DNA of 64,000 bases from Xylographa opegraphella (taxonomy: Eukaryota): positions 434,001 to 498,000 of the forward strand of contig JALDZX010000009.1 of assembly GCA_022813865.1 (NCBI GenBank), written 5' to 3'. Each line of letters opens with the position of its first letter. Within the stretch, counting starts at the first letter, position 1. The translations under genes and the position numbers were made by a program. The notes under the pieces were generated by a model, which was not told where the DNA came from, made no database searches, and saw nothing but the letters and a program-made list of their open reading frames with translations. This document shows positions 35,904-46,415 of this stretch, one piece after another.

Positions 35904-37073
35904 ATGGCGACTAACTCTCCACTCCAACTCACATTCGGAGTAGAGCTCGAGTTGCTTCTTGCTTACTTTCGAGAACCACAATTCGGATTCAGATTGGCGA
36001 ATATCAGGCAAGAATTGCTTGCTCAAGGAACGGATCAGGACGAAATTGATCGAGTGATAGGCATCGAAACTGCTCCGGAGAAGAATAGAGAACGCCGCAA
36101 AATTCTCACTCGATTGCAGCAAGTTGGAGTACCGGTCCACGATTGGGGCGTGGACGGCAAAAAAGACTACAGCCTTTGGACCGTTTCGCTTGATGACTCA
36201 GTGGTTCCGAGTGATGAGGAGTTGTATTCAATGAATCCACGGTGGGCTAACGGTCAGGTCTCGACCCTTACAGCTGAGGGGCGGGCGGCTATGTGCTACG
36301 CAAGTGTGGAAGTCTTCTCCAGAGTCCTTCCATATCATATGGACTCCCTTCGCGAAGTCGGAACTGTGGTCAATACAATTGTCGCAAAGTTTCCTGTTTA
36401 CGTCAACGAATCTTGCGCTCTACACGTCCATGTAGGTAATAGAGATTTCGGATTCCCTGTACAGACCGTGAAGAACTTCGCAACGCTAGTCACTTGTTTT
36501 GAAACGCAATTTAACCAGATCCATCCGCTGCATCGTCTTGACTACGCCTACTGCCTCCCCGAAACACTAGCTTTCAGGCCTAGGGAGCGGAATCTATGGC
36601 GGATGGCTGAGATAATCGACCAGTTGGACACTCACGAAAAGATTGTAAGACAGTTCGGAACGAAGCGCAATGACAGAGACGAAGTCTACCACTGGTGGTG
36701 TTACAATTATAACAACCTAGTATTGTCGAAGAGAACGATAGAATTTCGTCAGCATGCTGGCACGCTAGATCTTGCCGCAGTGTATCGATGGATCAACCTG
36801 ACCTGTACTGTCACAGCAATAGCCCATAATACTGAAACCGAGGCCTTCTGGGGCTTGATCCTACAATTCATCGACCACGAACGTGACCGCAATTATAATA
36901 TTTTCATGCTTCTGCGCTCCCTGCAACTTCCACTGCTTGTCGACGCTTATATAGGGCAGTGTCATGAGCATCCAGCTGACTTCAAGCCACAAGACCCGTT
37001 CGATGACGACGACGGATATGATTCACCTGACGATCTAGATCCAGTTTCCGATGATGACAGTCAATGTATCTAG
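35904..37073 (+). CDS. Putative amidoligase (Amidoligase_2 / GS-GCS-fold COOH-NH2 ligase), paralogue B
   Basis: Intronless 389 aa; LTFGVELEL, WTVSLDDSV, VEVFSRVL, VNESCALHVHVG, FETQFNQIHP.HR, CYNYNNL, RTIEFRQHAGTLD. Confidence 0.87.
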   Translation: MATNSPLQLTFGVELELLLAYFREPQFGFRLANIRQELLAQGTDQDEIDRVIGIETAPEKNRERRKILTRLQQVGVPVHDWGVDGKKDYSLWTVSLDDSVVPSDEELYSMNPRWANGQVSTLTAEGRAAMCYASVEVFSRVLPYHMDSLREVGTVVNTIVAKFPVYVNESCALHVHVGNRDFGFPVQTVKNFATLVTCFETQFNQIHPLHRLDYAYCLPETLAFRPRERNLWRMAEIIDQLDTHEKIVRQFGTKRNDRDEVYHWWCYNYNNLVLSKRTIEFRQHAGTLDLAAVYRWINLTCTVTAIAHNTETEAFWGLILQFIDHERDRNYNIFMLLRSLQLPLLVDAYIGQCHEHPADFKPQDPFDDDDGYDSPDDLDPVSDDDSQCI

Positions 37074-38996
37074 CAACAACGAGACTGTTTATGAGAACAG
37101 AACAGAACTTACTAGCGAGCCTCAAAAGAGACAATTGCAAAGGTTGAGAAGAGAACAAAGGGATGAAGTATACCAGATTCGACAGCATAGATATCATCAC
37201 GGTAAGACCAACAGAATCAGGAACCATAATGCAGCATCAGATATAAAGAAAGAGCAGATAAACATCCGACATACATCATGAAATATACGAACAAAGAAAT
37301 GCATGGACAGAAGTGAAAGCATTTGGGGATCGTGCTTGTAGACTTATCCCCCAAAACGGATGATTTACCTTACGTATCCAGGAATAGCTCCTAGGGTTTA
37401 AGTCCCTTTAATGATCCATCGTGAGGGGCCCTCTTGCTGAATGTGCAGCTTCCTCGTTCTTGATTCTTTAAAGTTAGTGGAGTTGAATTCCGCAAGGACA
37501 GTTACTGTGTGGTCCTAATAGGTCCTACGGGAGAGTTACGGGGTTCGTCCCAAAAGGGCTAGCTTGGCTTAGACTACCTTCTCGCCTGTCGAGCCGCTAT
37601 TACGAGACCTCGGGGCAAAACCGAGTAGCGAATTGCCCGCCTCTTCCCGCTATACTAGGTATGTTACCAAGGAGCCGAGCTAAGGTATCGGAGGATGTTT
37701 TAAGAGTCTCTGTTTGAGGATTATAATAATGACTCAGACTACGGTCGGCTTGAGAGCATCGCAGGCCCTGTCGATCGACGGGATAGTACGTGGCACATCG
37801 ACATTGATAACATCTGCATGAACTCTGCTTCCCACCCATAGAATCCCTTCCATACGATTGCGCAAAGAGATAGCTCCTTCATAGTTGGACATCCACTTTG
37901 ATTATCTGATGCCATCCTTTATCCTTCCAACCCGTTTGAGCATCTGTCCCCATTCACCTGATGTTTGACGGTAATCGGTTTCTCGGAATCATTTCACACA
38001 AGAATTGTCCTTTTTGAAATTTAAGAGCATGACCTTCACTGCAGGATATAGGCTCACGTGGTATTTCTAATGAATTCGCATAGTCCTCATTGCGTACTTT
38101 CTGTCTTGAAATCGTATGTGCACAGAATGACGAGGATTGTGAGACTCAATATAAGAGCAGGAGGTAGGGGTTCACGTTGAGAGCACTTTATCTGTATATA
38201 GACAGATTTATATCGACCTGTGTTATAACGTATAGCAGGAATAATTTTTAGCATGTATAGCATTTTCGCATTGAGGGAAAGCTTGTACTTCTTGTGCAGA
38301 ACTTATGCCCAAGATACTGTCCATGAATGCGCAAGTAAAGATCTCAAAGTCTAACTCAACGACAGATAGCATCGAAGGGAGACCACTGGAGGTTCAAGAC
38401 TTCAACACCAATATCGCGATATCTTAACCAGATGCTGCTTTTGTCGGGCAATGGATGATAGCTCGTCGAAGCTGCCACACCGATTGTTTCTTTTATGTCA
38501 TCCTCTTGTACTCTGAGCTGCCGAGCGGTTGCTCTACACCATAGAGTGAACCGACGAGAATGAATGGATTGGAGCTTTTCATACTTCACATACTCCGTAC
38601 TGTCGACGTGACAACTGCCTAATAGGGTCGTGCCCTAGATGCCGTGACGCCATCGCAGCATGGGTTAGCTTTTAGCTGCAGATTAGGGGCGGTGAGGCTG
38701 AAATCAAACCCAGTTTCGCTCCGTCCCGCGTTCAATTCTTGAAGAGGCATGGCGAGCTAGTCTATCGCCCCCATTGGGCACAGGCAGCTTGCTGTTTTTG
38801 TTCTACATCTGCTGGGAGTCTGTGTTTTGTTGAATGTACTGTCGTTATTACACAGCATTACGCCGCTTACATATGCTACTTGATGGGATGCCAGCTGCTT
38901 GGGGCGTCATTTCTTATCGCCTTGCAGTACTTAATGTCCAGTGGCTAGCAGCTTATCGATCTACCCAATCGGTTCTCCCGCAACAATCATTCCACA

Positions 38997-41900
38997 ATGT
39001 CCTTTGTGTCTGAGTCGCCTCGCAATCCTAAAGACAAAGATATCAATGTCGAGTAACAAGCTTCTTCACCACACTCACAAGCGAACTCACTGACCAATTC
39101 ATAGTATAATCGGAGTGCCCTCGATCCTTGGCGATCCATTCAAGACCTGGAATACCACGCGTGACCATCATTCCTATCAATGGCTCGGTCCCAGCCTTCA
39201 AGCAGAGATACCTTCAGCCCGGGTCCTCCTCTATGACCACCTCGAGCTCCAAGAGAGATCTATTGAGATCAAACCTACGGAGCACTCGGAGCACAAAGCT
39301 ACCTCGGAGGCGCATGCAGCTGTTCAACTCACGATCGACCAGCTTGGAGTGGAGGAATGGGCAGACAGGTTTCTTGACACCGTTCGTAAAAGTCGGGAAT
39401 CTGCACATGTAGGTTCCTCAATTTGGCTTACTGGCGCCTCTGATAATCGTTGCTTCAATAGCTAGGGAAACGCCCTATCGTAATTCTGTGTCACAGCACC
39501 GGTGGAGTGGTCGTCAAACGAGTATGATTTACACGAAATCTGACCTATAACGAAGTGCTAAATACGTATACAGGCTTTAAGCAGGAAACCCACAAAAAAA
39601 GGAGAAATAAGTTTAGCTTCTATCTGCATAGGTATTGTGTTTTTTGGAACACCACATCATGGGTCGCGGGTATTCTCGCAGCTAGAATTTGCTAGGCCTG
39701 TCAAGAATAAATTGAATTTGAAGTTCGAGATGTCGGAACACTTACAAGCAGATTTCGCCCTAGCCAACCCCGAGTTAGAGGCTGGAAATCATAGGTTTGG
39801 GGCAGCTTCTCTCGGTATCAAAATATGGTAACACCTATTCAATCGGCTTCTTCTACATTGAAAGAAAACACTGATGGTTGCAGGAACTATATCGAGACGA
39901 GAGATACGCAGCTTAAGGTCCTCGTCGGCGAGGAAACGGGCGGCGAATACCTTGCCAAAGTCAATCTTCTCGTAGTAGATGATCGGTCTGCAACGATGAC
40001 TACCTCCGATGTTTTGATTGAGGAGGAAGAAGTAAAAAAAATGAATACCAACCATGTCGGACTTGCTCGATTCGCCGATGACAATGGTAAGTACGATAAC
40101 AAACTTCGATTCAGGAAGTTAAACCATTGGTAGCCCTCCGTACCGACTTCTGTGAGGACCTCAAAGCCTACATCAAATCCACCAGCGCGCAGGATCGTGC
40201 TGCCCACCATTCTCTCACGACTGCTATAATGACAGATGTCAAAGTCTCCGTCCATCAGTTTTATAAAATGGAAGTCGCAAGTGGTGTGTATCAGTCATGC
40301 TTGAGCTCGAAGCATGTGCTAACACGGAACTTCTAGATGCTCGCGCTTTATTAGTATGGTCAGTGCAGCCCACGTTACAAGACTACCTTGATCTGGGACC
40401 CAGCGAATGCCTGAAGGCACGATTACATCCAGCAACCGAGAATGGTCATCAATCAAATGGAACTGTCAAACCATACATCAAGGTCAGACATGCTTCTGAA
40501 GTGTCTGCCCCGGGAGCGCTCGAGACACCACATATATCAATCTCGGCACCTACTTCCACAGTCGCCTCCATTTCGGGAGACAGTCCAGCCCCACCTCTTG
40601 ATATGGAATCTGCTGTCCTTAATGCTCCTACTATCATACTACCCAAGAATATTCACACTCGAAGACCACCGTTGAATGTCGCCGCTCACTCAGATCCGCA
40701 ATCTGCGAAACACCTTACCCCTGCATCCATAACACCTCAACCCACCTCTGCTGCCATTGAAGGAGATCCTGAAAATGTACCACATCCGGCTCGAGAGCCT
40801 CGGCCTCAAAGAGCTAGGACTTATCAAGCTCCCAGCCGAAGCACCGATCGCTTCCGTTGGGTCCACGTTCCTTATACTCATTCAGGTTGGGTGGCTCCCG
40901 TTTTGACCACTATCTCCCAAGAGAAGAAAAACATGGACCTTCATCGGAAACTACTTTCCGATCAGGTTTGGCTCTCCCAGCACAACCGTAGTCGACATAG
41001 CTCGTCTCATGCTCGTTTCGTTCGTTCTGCATGCAAGAGTTTGTTACCGAAATCTGCCGCGCATCATCACGATGAGCTTCTATCACCGTCTAGCTCTATA
41101 GATGAAGCGCAGCTTGCGCTGTATCTCCCTTATCTTCATTGGGACAACTTTGACCAATTGCAAACTCGTGCCGAAGTTATTCGGAAAAGAGGTGATCTAC
41201 CACACGCCCGTCCCGTTGATCGGGACATTGCTAAAGGCAAATCGACTGAATGCAAGGTACTAATATATATGGAATCCCGAATTCAACTACCGAGGACTAA
41301 AATGTATAGTTGATATGGCAATATCTCCATTCAAAGTGGCCCTTGCACACGTATGTTGCTGTCAATAAGCCATAAAGCTCGCTAACGGATTTTCAGGAGA
41401 CGCAGCTTGGATCAATATGGATATCCAGCTTTACGTAATACTGCTGTGCGAGATGCTGATCAGGTAAGCATAGCATTAATGTGAGATGTTCCTTCCAGTG
41501 TACTTAGCAGTTTTTTAAATAGGTGATATACAAGCAAACCAGAAATCCGGTTCTTCCGGAATCCGTATCGACCAAAGGATCCTCGATGCACAACATCAGT
41601 GCAATATTGCGTGCAGCTCGGGGCTCTGGCCCACGTCCCAACAAGATAAAGACAATGAGCGATGGCGCAGCAAAGGTCCTAATGGTAGACCAACTCTGGT
41701 TGTTTGTAGTCGACTCGTCCACGGTTGTGACGTTTGCAGCTCCCAAGGAGAAAACCGACGACAACCCGAGTGAAGAAGCAGATCTACTTACTCTCATGTA
41801 TAAGGATATCAACGGAGACCACGCTGAGCAATGCAATGATTGTTTCGACTTCGCGGCCTTAGCGGTAACCCATGCTGTCAAAGCACTCCTTGAGCATACC

Positions 41901-43133
41901 GACGACCCGAATCTCCAAGTTTTTCGCATCTTTGAGGAATACATCAGCGAATTGGTTAGTACGCTTATGCAATGTGAATCTGTGTTACTCCTTTATTTAA
42001 TACATTCTGTATTGGATGATGTTTTATCACTCCAGACGATATTGCTGACACAATTTTACAGACTGAACAGCAGACAAAATCGTTCAAGGTGATTCATAGC
42101 TCGAGATCTATTAGAAGACGTCACCAACTGAAGATAGGAATTCCGGGACAATTCACGACTCGAAGTAGAGTATATCGACAATCGCGATGACCTGAATGCA
42201 CTGTTGGAGCTGCGAGACGTCGAAGACGAGTGTAAGACCATTCATCTTTGTATCACACCCAAAACTAATAGAATTCCGTATAGTGAAAACAATCAATAAG
42301 TTATTTCTGGAGCAGCACAAGACCATAAAAGATATGATTAGACAATATAAAGAACTTAACCTACGGCAGCTTGGTATGTTCGGGAGACTTTTGCTTGAGG
42401 ATGTGGATAAATGTGTGGAATACTATCTCGAGCAAGTTTCTAGCATGTTAACGAGTGCTGATGTGGCACAAAATTCCGTAGGTGGTACGAACCTATTGAT
42501 TCCGAAGCTGCTAATTTCTTCTCAGTTCGAAAAATTGCTCGATATGAAGCAGAAGCAAGCCAACATCGTCGAAGCTCATCTTGCACGAGAGCAAACAGAG
42601 GTTGCCGCGGATCAATCTAGGAGTGTTATGATATTCACCATTTTTACCATTATCTTTCTACCACTCTCATTCTGTAAGACACCCCTACATGCATTGCTTG
42701 GAGAGGTGCTTCTGCACCTTCACAGACAACATATCCCCCTACTCAAACAAAACTCACACTAAGACCTATCTCCATAGTCGCAAGCGTCTTTGGCATGAAC
42801 GTCAGCGAGTGGAGCGGCGTCGATTCCAACATCTCGTCCTACCACGCATTCCTATACATGGGAACAATCTCCCTCGCCGTCATCATCGTCGCTCTACTGG
42901 TCGCGTTCAACAAATACACCAGACGCATCCTTCAACGAATATGGAAGAAAATGGCGGGCCCGATGACGCGTTTCCTGCCGAAGATCCCGAGCAACAGAGT
43001 CCAGGGCTTAGTCCATTACTGGGATGTCGAACGTGTCCCGATCCGGGAATCCCCCTTGCACATAAGGGAGCGATCGAGGTCGCGCCCCGGCAGGCCGCAG
43101 ACACGAGGCCACGATGTACAGCATTTTTTCTGA
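38997..43133 (+). CDS. SesB-like alpha/beta-hydrolase fused to a fungal CorA-like membrane channel (~15 exons)
   Basis: Splices in frame across ~14 GT-AG introns (first 39053-39104, last ~42674-42777). N-terminus: IP.ARVLLYD, KRPIVILCHSTGGVVVKRAL, GIVFFGTPHHGS, NHVGLARF. C-terminus: RWVHVP, LYLPYLHWD, RRSLDQYGY...RDADQV, VLMVDQLWL, LLELRDVEDEL, LLDMKQKQAN, SVMIFTIFTIIFLPLSF..SVFGMN and a second TM helix. Confidence 0.85.
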
Positions 43134-43545
43134 GTAATTGAACTTTACGTGATGATCATGACTTATGAATAGGAGGATATGTGTGCGTTGCAAAGCAAGA
43201 AGTCGATCCTGGATACCCTATCGACCTCGGTCGAGCGTCTTTCTGTGCTTACGTTTGACACGTTACAGTTTGCAGGCGTGTTTGGATAGTAATGTATTAA
43301 CTGGAGCTGCTTACGAGTATGGCTGCGGTTTGGGAGAGTGTCGCAGTTCTGGCGTCATTATTTCAGAAGTTGATGGTTTTGTCATTTGACGCGAATGTTC
43401 ATAAGATTTAAAACGAAAAGTCTGCGGTATCATGTGATCTTTGTAAGACGTGTCCCTGTACTTCTATAACCGCCTTCTCCCACCCTCAGGATAGAGGTTG
43501 GCAGGCCTTAACCAGATCTTTCAGCGTCTATTCTACTGCTACCCT

Positions 43546-45093
43546 CTACCCTCTCTTCTTTCCAATCTCCCTCAGCCCATGCATCCACGGCCACAAACAC
43601 TTCGGCACCCTGACACATTCCCTCTCCTCATTCCACCCATTCTCCAACAGCGCCGCCAACACCCTCGGCACGGCCACCGCCGTCCCGTTGACCGTGTACG
43701 GCCACCCCACCCTCCCATCCGCCTCTCGCATCCTCGTCGCCAGCCGCCGGGTCTGATAATCCGTACAGATGCTCGCGGACGTGACCTCGCCCCAGCCGCC
43801 ATCCCTCTCCCGCCTGCCCGGGAAGAAGGCCTCGATATCCCGCTTCCGCACCGCGCTCGCCCCCAGATCCGCGGTCGGCTGCTCCAGCACGCGACAGTGC
43901 AGCCCTAGCTGCCGCAGGATCTGCATCTGCACCGCGACGACGGCGTCGAACAGCGCCGGCGCGTCTGCGGGGCTCGTCCAGGCGAACATCTCCACCTTGG
44001 TGAACTCGTGCACGCGGTACAGGCCCTTGGTGTCCACGCCGCGGCTGCCCGCCTCCGCGCGGTAGCAGCGGCTCGCGCCCACGACCCGCAGCGGCAGCGC
44101 CGAGACGTCCAGCTCTGCGGAGGCGTGCATGCCTGCGAACGGGATCTCCGCCGTGCCTGCGAGGCTGAGTTCCGGCTTACCCCTGTGTGCGTCCGAGGCT
44201 GACTGCGCGATACTGTAGACTTGTTGCTCGCCGCCGGTGTCCCGGGGGCGGAAGCCGCATGCTGTGGAGATGTGGCTGTAGGTGAGGGAAGGGGGCGTGA
44301 TGGGCGTGAAGCCGCGGGCCATGGCGGTGCTGAGGGCGTAGGAGACTAATGCGTGCTCGAGTAGCGCGGCGCCGTTCTTGAGATAGTAGAAGCCCCAGCC
44401 GGAGGTGAGAGCTGCGGCGGAGAAGTCGATGAGGTCGAGGGCGGAGGCGATGTAGACGTGGGAGCGGGAGAGGGGGGAGGACGACGACGACGAAGAAGTA
44501 GAGGATGGCGGCGGGTCAGGGTGCTCGTTGATGTACTTAATGAGACGAGGGGTCTTGCCGATGGGTGTTTCCGCGCTGGTGAGGTTGGGGAGCTCGAGAG
44601 CGAGGTCTTCCATGGAGGTAGTCAGTGCCTCCTCTTGGGCTTCTATCTCCCCAATTTGTTGCTTGAGCACGCGGGCCTCCTCAAGGATCGTGGCTTTGTC
44701 CTCTTCGGGGGCAGACTCGTCGACGACATCGCGCCCGCTGAAGGTCTTGCTATGGGAAAGCTTCGTTCGAAGGGTGTTGTTCTTTTCGCGCAGAGAGCGG
44801 CCATGTTGCTGCAGGGCTTTCCATTCGTCGAACAGGGCGATGATTTTGAGAGGGTGCGAGGCTTGAGCGTCGTAGTTGCGGTCGAGGCAGTTTTGGGCGT
44901 GTAGCTCGGGTTTTTGTCGGATGTGCTTGATGTCGATGTTTGGTTTCGGGGCAATCGAGGGACGTGATGGGGTGGATGGAGAGGAAGAGAAGCGCTTGGG
45001 AGGTTGAAGACGGGTATGTGGCTTTTTGAGTAATGAGAAGCCCAGTACGGGCCTGTTGAGAGCCATGGCATACGAAGCTCTGTGAATTTTCAT
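43546..45093 (-). CDS. DIA4: Seryl-tRNA synthetase, mitochondrial
   Basis: Presequence-like N-terminus; LPN, SGWGFYYL, LAGTAEIP, RCYRAEAGSRG.DTKGLYRVHEFTKVE, DLGASA.RK.DIEAF, GEVTSASICTDYQTRRL, TVNGTA.AVPR. Confidence 0.95.
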   Translation of the reverse strand: MKIHRASYAMALNRPVLGFSLLKKPHTRLQPPKRFSSSPSTPSRPSIAPKPNIDIKHIRQKPELHAQNCLDRNYDAQASHPLKIIALFDEWKALQQHGRSLREKNNTLRTKLSHSKTFSGRDVVDESAPEEDKATILEEARVLKQQIGEIEAQEEALTTSMEDLALELPNLTSAETPIGKTPRLIKYINEHPDPPPSSTSSSSSSSPLSRSHVYIASALDLIDFSAAALTSGWGFYYLKNGAALLEHALVSYALSTAMARGFTPITPPSLTYSHISTACGFRPRDTGGEQQVYSIAQSASDAHRGKPELSLAGTAEIPFAGMHASAELDVSALPLRVVGASRCYRAEAGSRGVDTKGLYRVHEFTKVEMFAWTSPADAPALFDAVVAVQMQILRQLGLHCRVLEQPTADLGASAVRKRDIEAFFPGRRERDGGWGEVTSASICTDYQTRRLATRMREADGRVGWPYTVNGTAVAVPRVLAALLENGWNEERECVRVPKCLWPWMHGLREIGKKRG

Positions 45094-45283
45094 GTTTGAG
45101 CTCGCTGAAGTAGAGGCTAGCCTCGGCCCGAGTTACCTGCCACTAGTCCACCGATAGAGGCTAAGCTCACGCGTCTAGGATTGGCGAGGTCGCGTCGCGT
45201 TGGCCCTCGACCCCAGTGACGCGGTTCGTTGCATTCCCTACGGCGCAACCTCATCAATTTGCCTATCACAACACAGACCAGCG

Positions 45284-46155
45284 ATGGCGGCCCCACTGCC
45301 CAAACGTAAGCGCGCAGACACTGCGGCAATTCCTAACCCCGGCCCGGCCGACAACAGATACCTTGGAACAATTCTGTCACTGCCAGCCGTGACCATAGCC
45401 AGCCTGGTCTCAAGCGCTGCGGACAAGCACCCTGATATTGCTACTACCATAGCCGGCCTGCTCTCATGTGCTGCTGGAAAGTATCCGGATGTCGCTGCCA
45501 CGATACCTGCCTCGAAAGGGCGTGCTGAAGCCGCAGCGCCTGTTGAGGCCAAGGATTCCTCATCCACGAGTAAGAAGGTTATCGACTTCGACCACTACTC
45601 GAAAACGGCTTGGAGGGCTATCAATACGCACTCCAAGAGTATGAAAGGGTCATATCAATACAAGGCTTCCTTCGGCGTTCGAGATATGTGGTAGGCTGCA
45701 TCATGGATATCAGGAGGATGTGTCCGGCGGAAGCAAGCTACGGCACGAAGAAGAGTGCACTGGAGACGCTGAGGAAGATCGGTAAGACGGGTTGTGTGAG
45801 TGGAGGGGATGTTATCGGTTCTGAGGTGCAGAAAGGCTTTCAGTGGGATGCGTGTTTAGAAGATACAATGTTTGGGATTGTGCAGACGATGACCCAACAA
45901 GAGAGAGATATGATTATGAAAGGGGACTTTGGAGTGAAACTGGAGGAGCTTGTGGAGCTGTCGAAGGATTATTGTCTTTTTGAGACATTGGACGAGGTGC
46001 TGGCGCTTTTGGAGGGGACGGAGAAAAGGCCGAGGGATGCTGAGAATCCCAAGGGGACTGATGAAGATGACAGCGCAGACGATAGTAGAAAGCCGAGGGA
46101 TCGTGAAGAGTTGGAGGATCACGATGGAACTGCCAGCGAGACCGATAGCGAATAG
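45284..46155 (+). pseudogene. Fungal hypothetical gene with apparent 1-nt frameshift near 45685 (pseudogene, sequence error, or weak intron)
   Basis: Frame A (ATG 45284) ends ...FDHYSKTAWRAIN...GSYQYKASFGVRDMW*; frame B picks up VVGCI.DIRRMCP.EASYGTKKSALETLRKIGK..C.SGGDVIG.EV to TAG at 46155. Contains a 54-bp internal duplication at 45392-45499. Confidence 0.55.
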
Positions 46156-46415
46156 TGGGGAAGCCACACATAAGATTTGAAGGTGGTCCGATATGAGAAC
46201 GACTAAATTTCTTTGATCAACGGGCCATTTTGTATGGGAAGAAAGCCATTTCGGTCAGCTTTTGGCAGTTCAACGCAACCAATCTGGATTGCAACATTGG
46301 AAAAGGAGTCCATACCCCTTGGACTGTTTAACCAGTATCTGTCTATATAACAGCATTGTAATAGCAGTAAGTAGCTTTCTACAACAAATTTACGGCTCTT
46401 AGTAGCCTATACAAG

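Noticed and set aside
37051..37281. 76-aa ORF overlapping the end of amidoligase B
   Set aside because: A-rich, 3' UTR-like composition, no motif or splice link.
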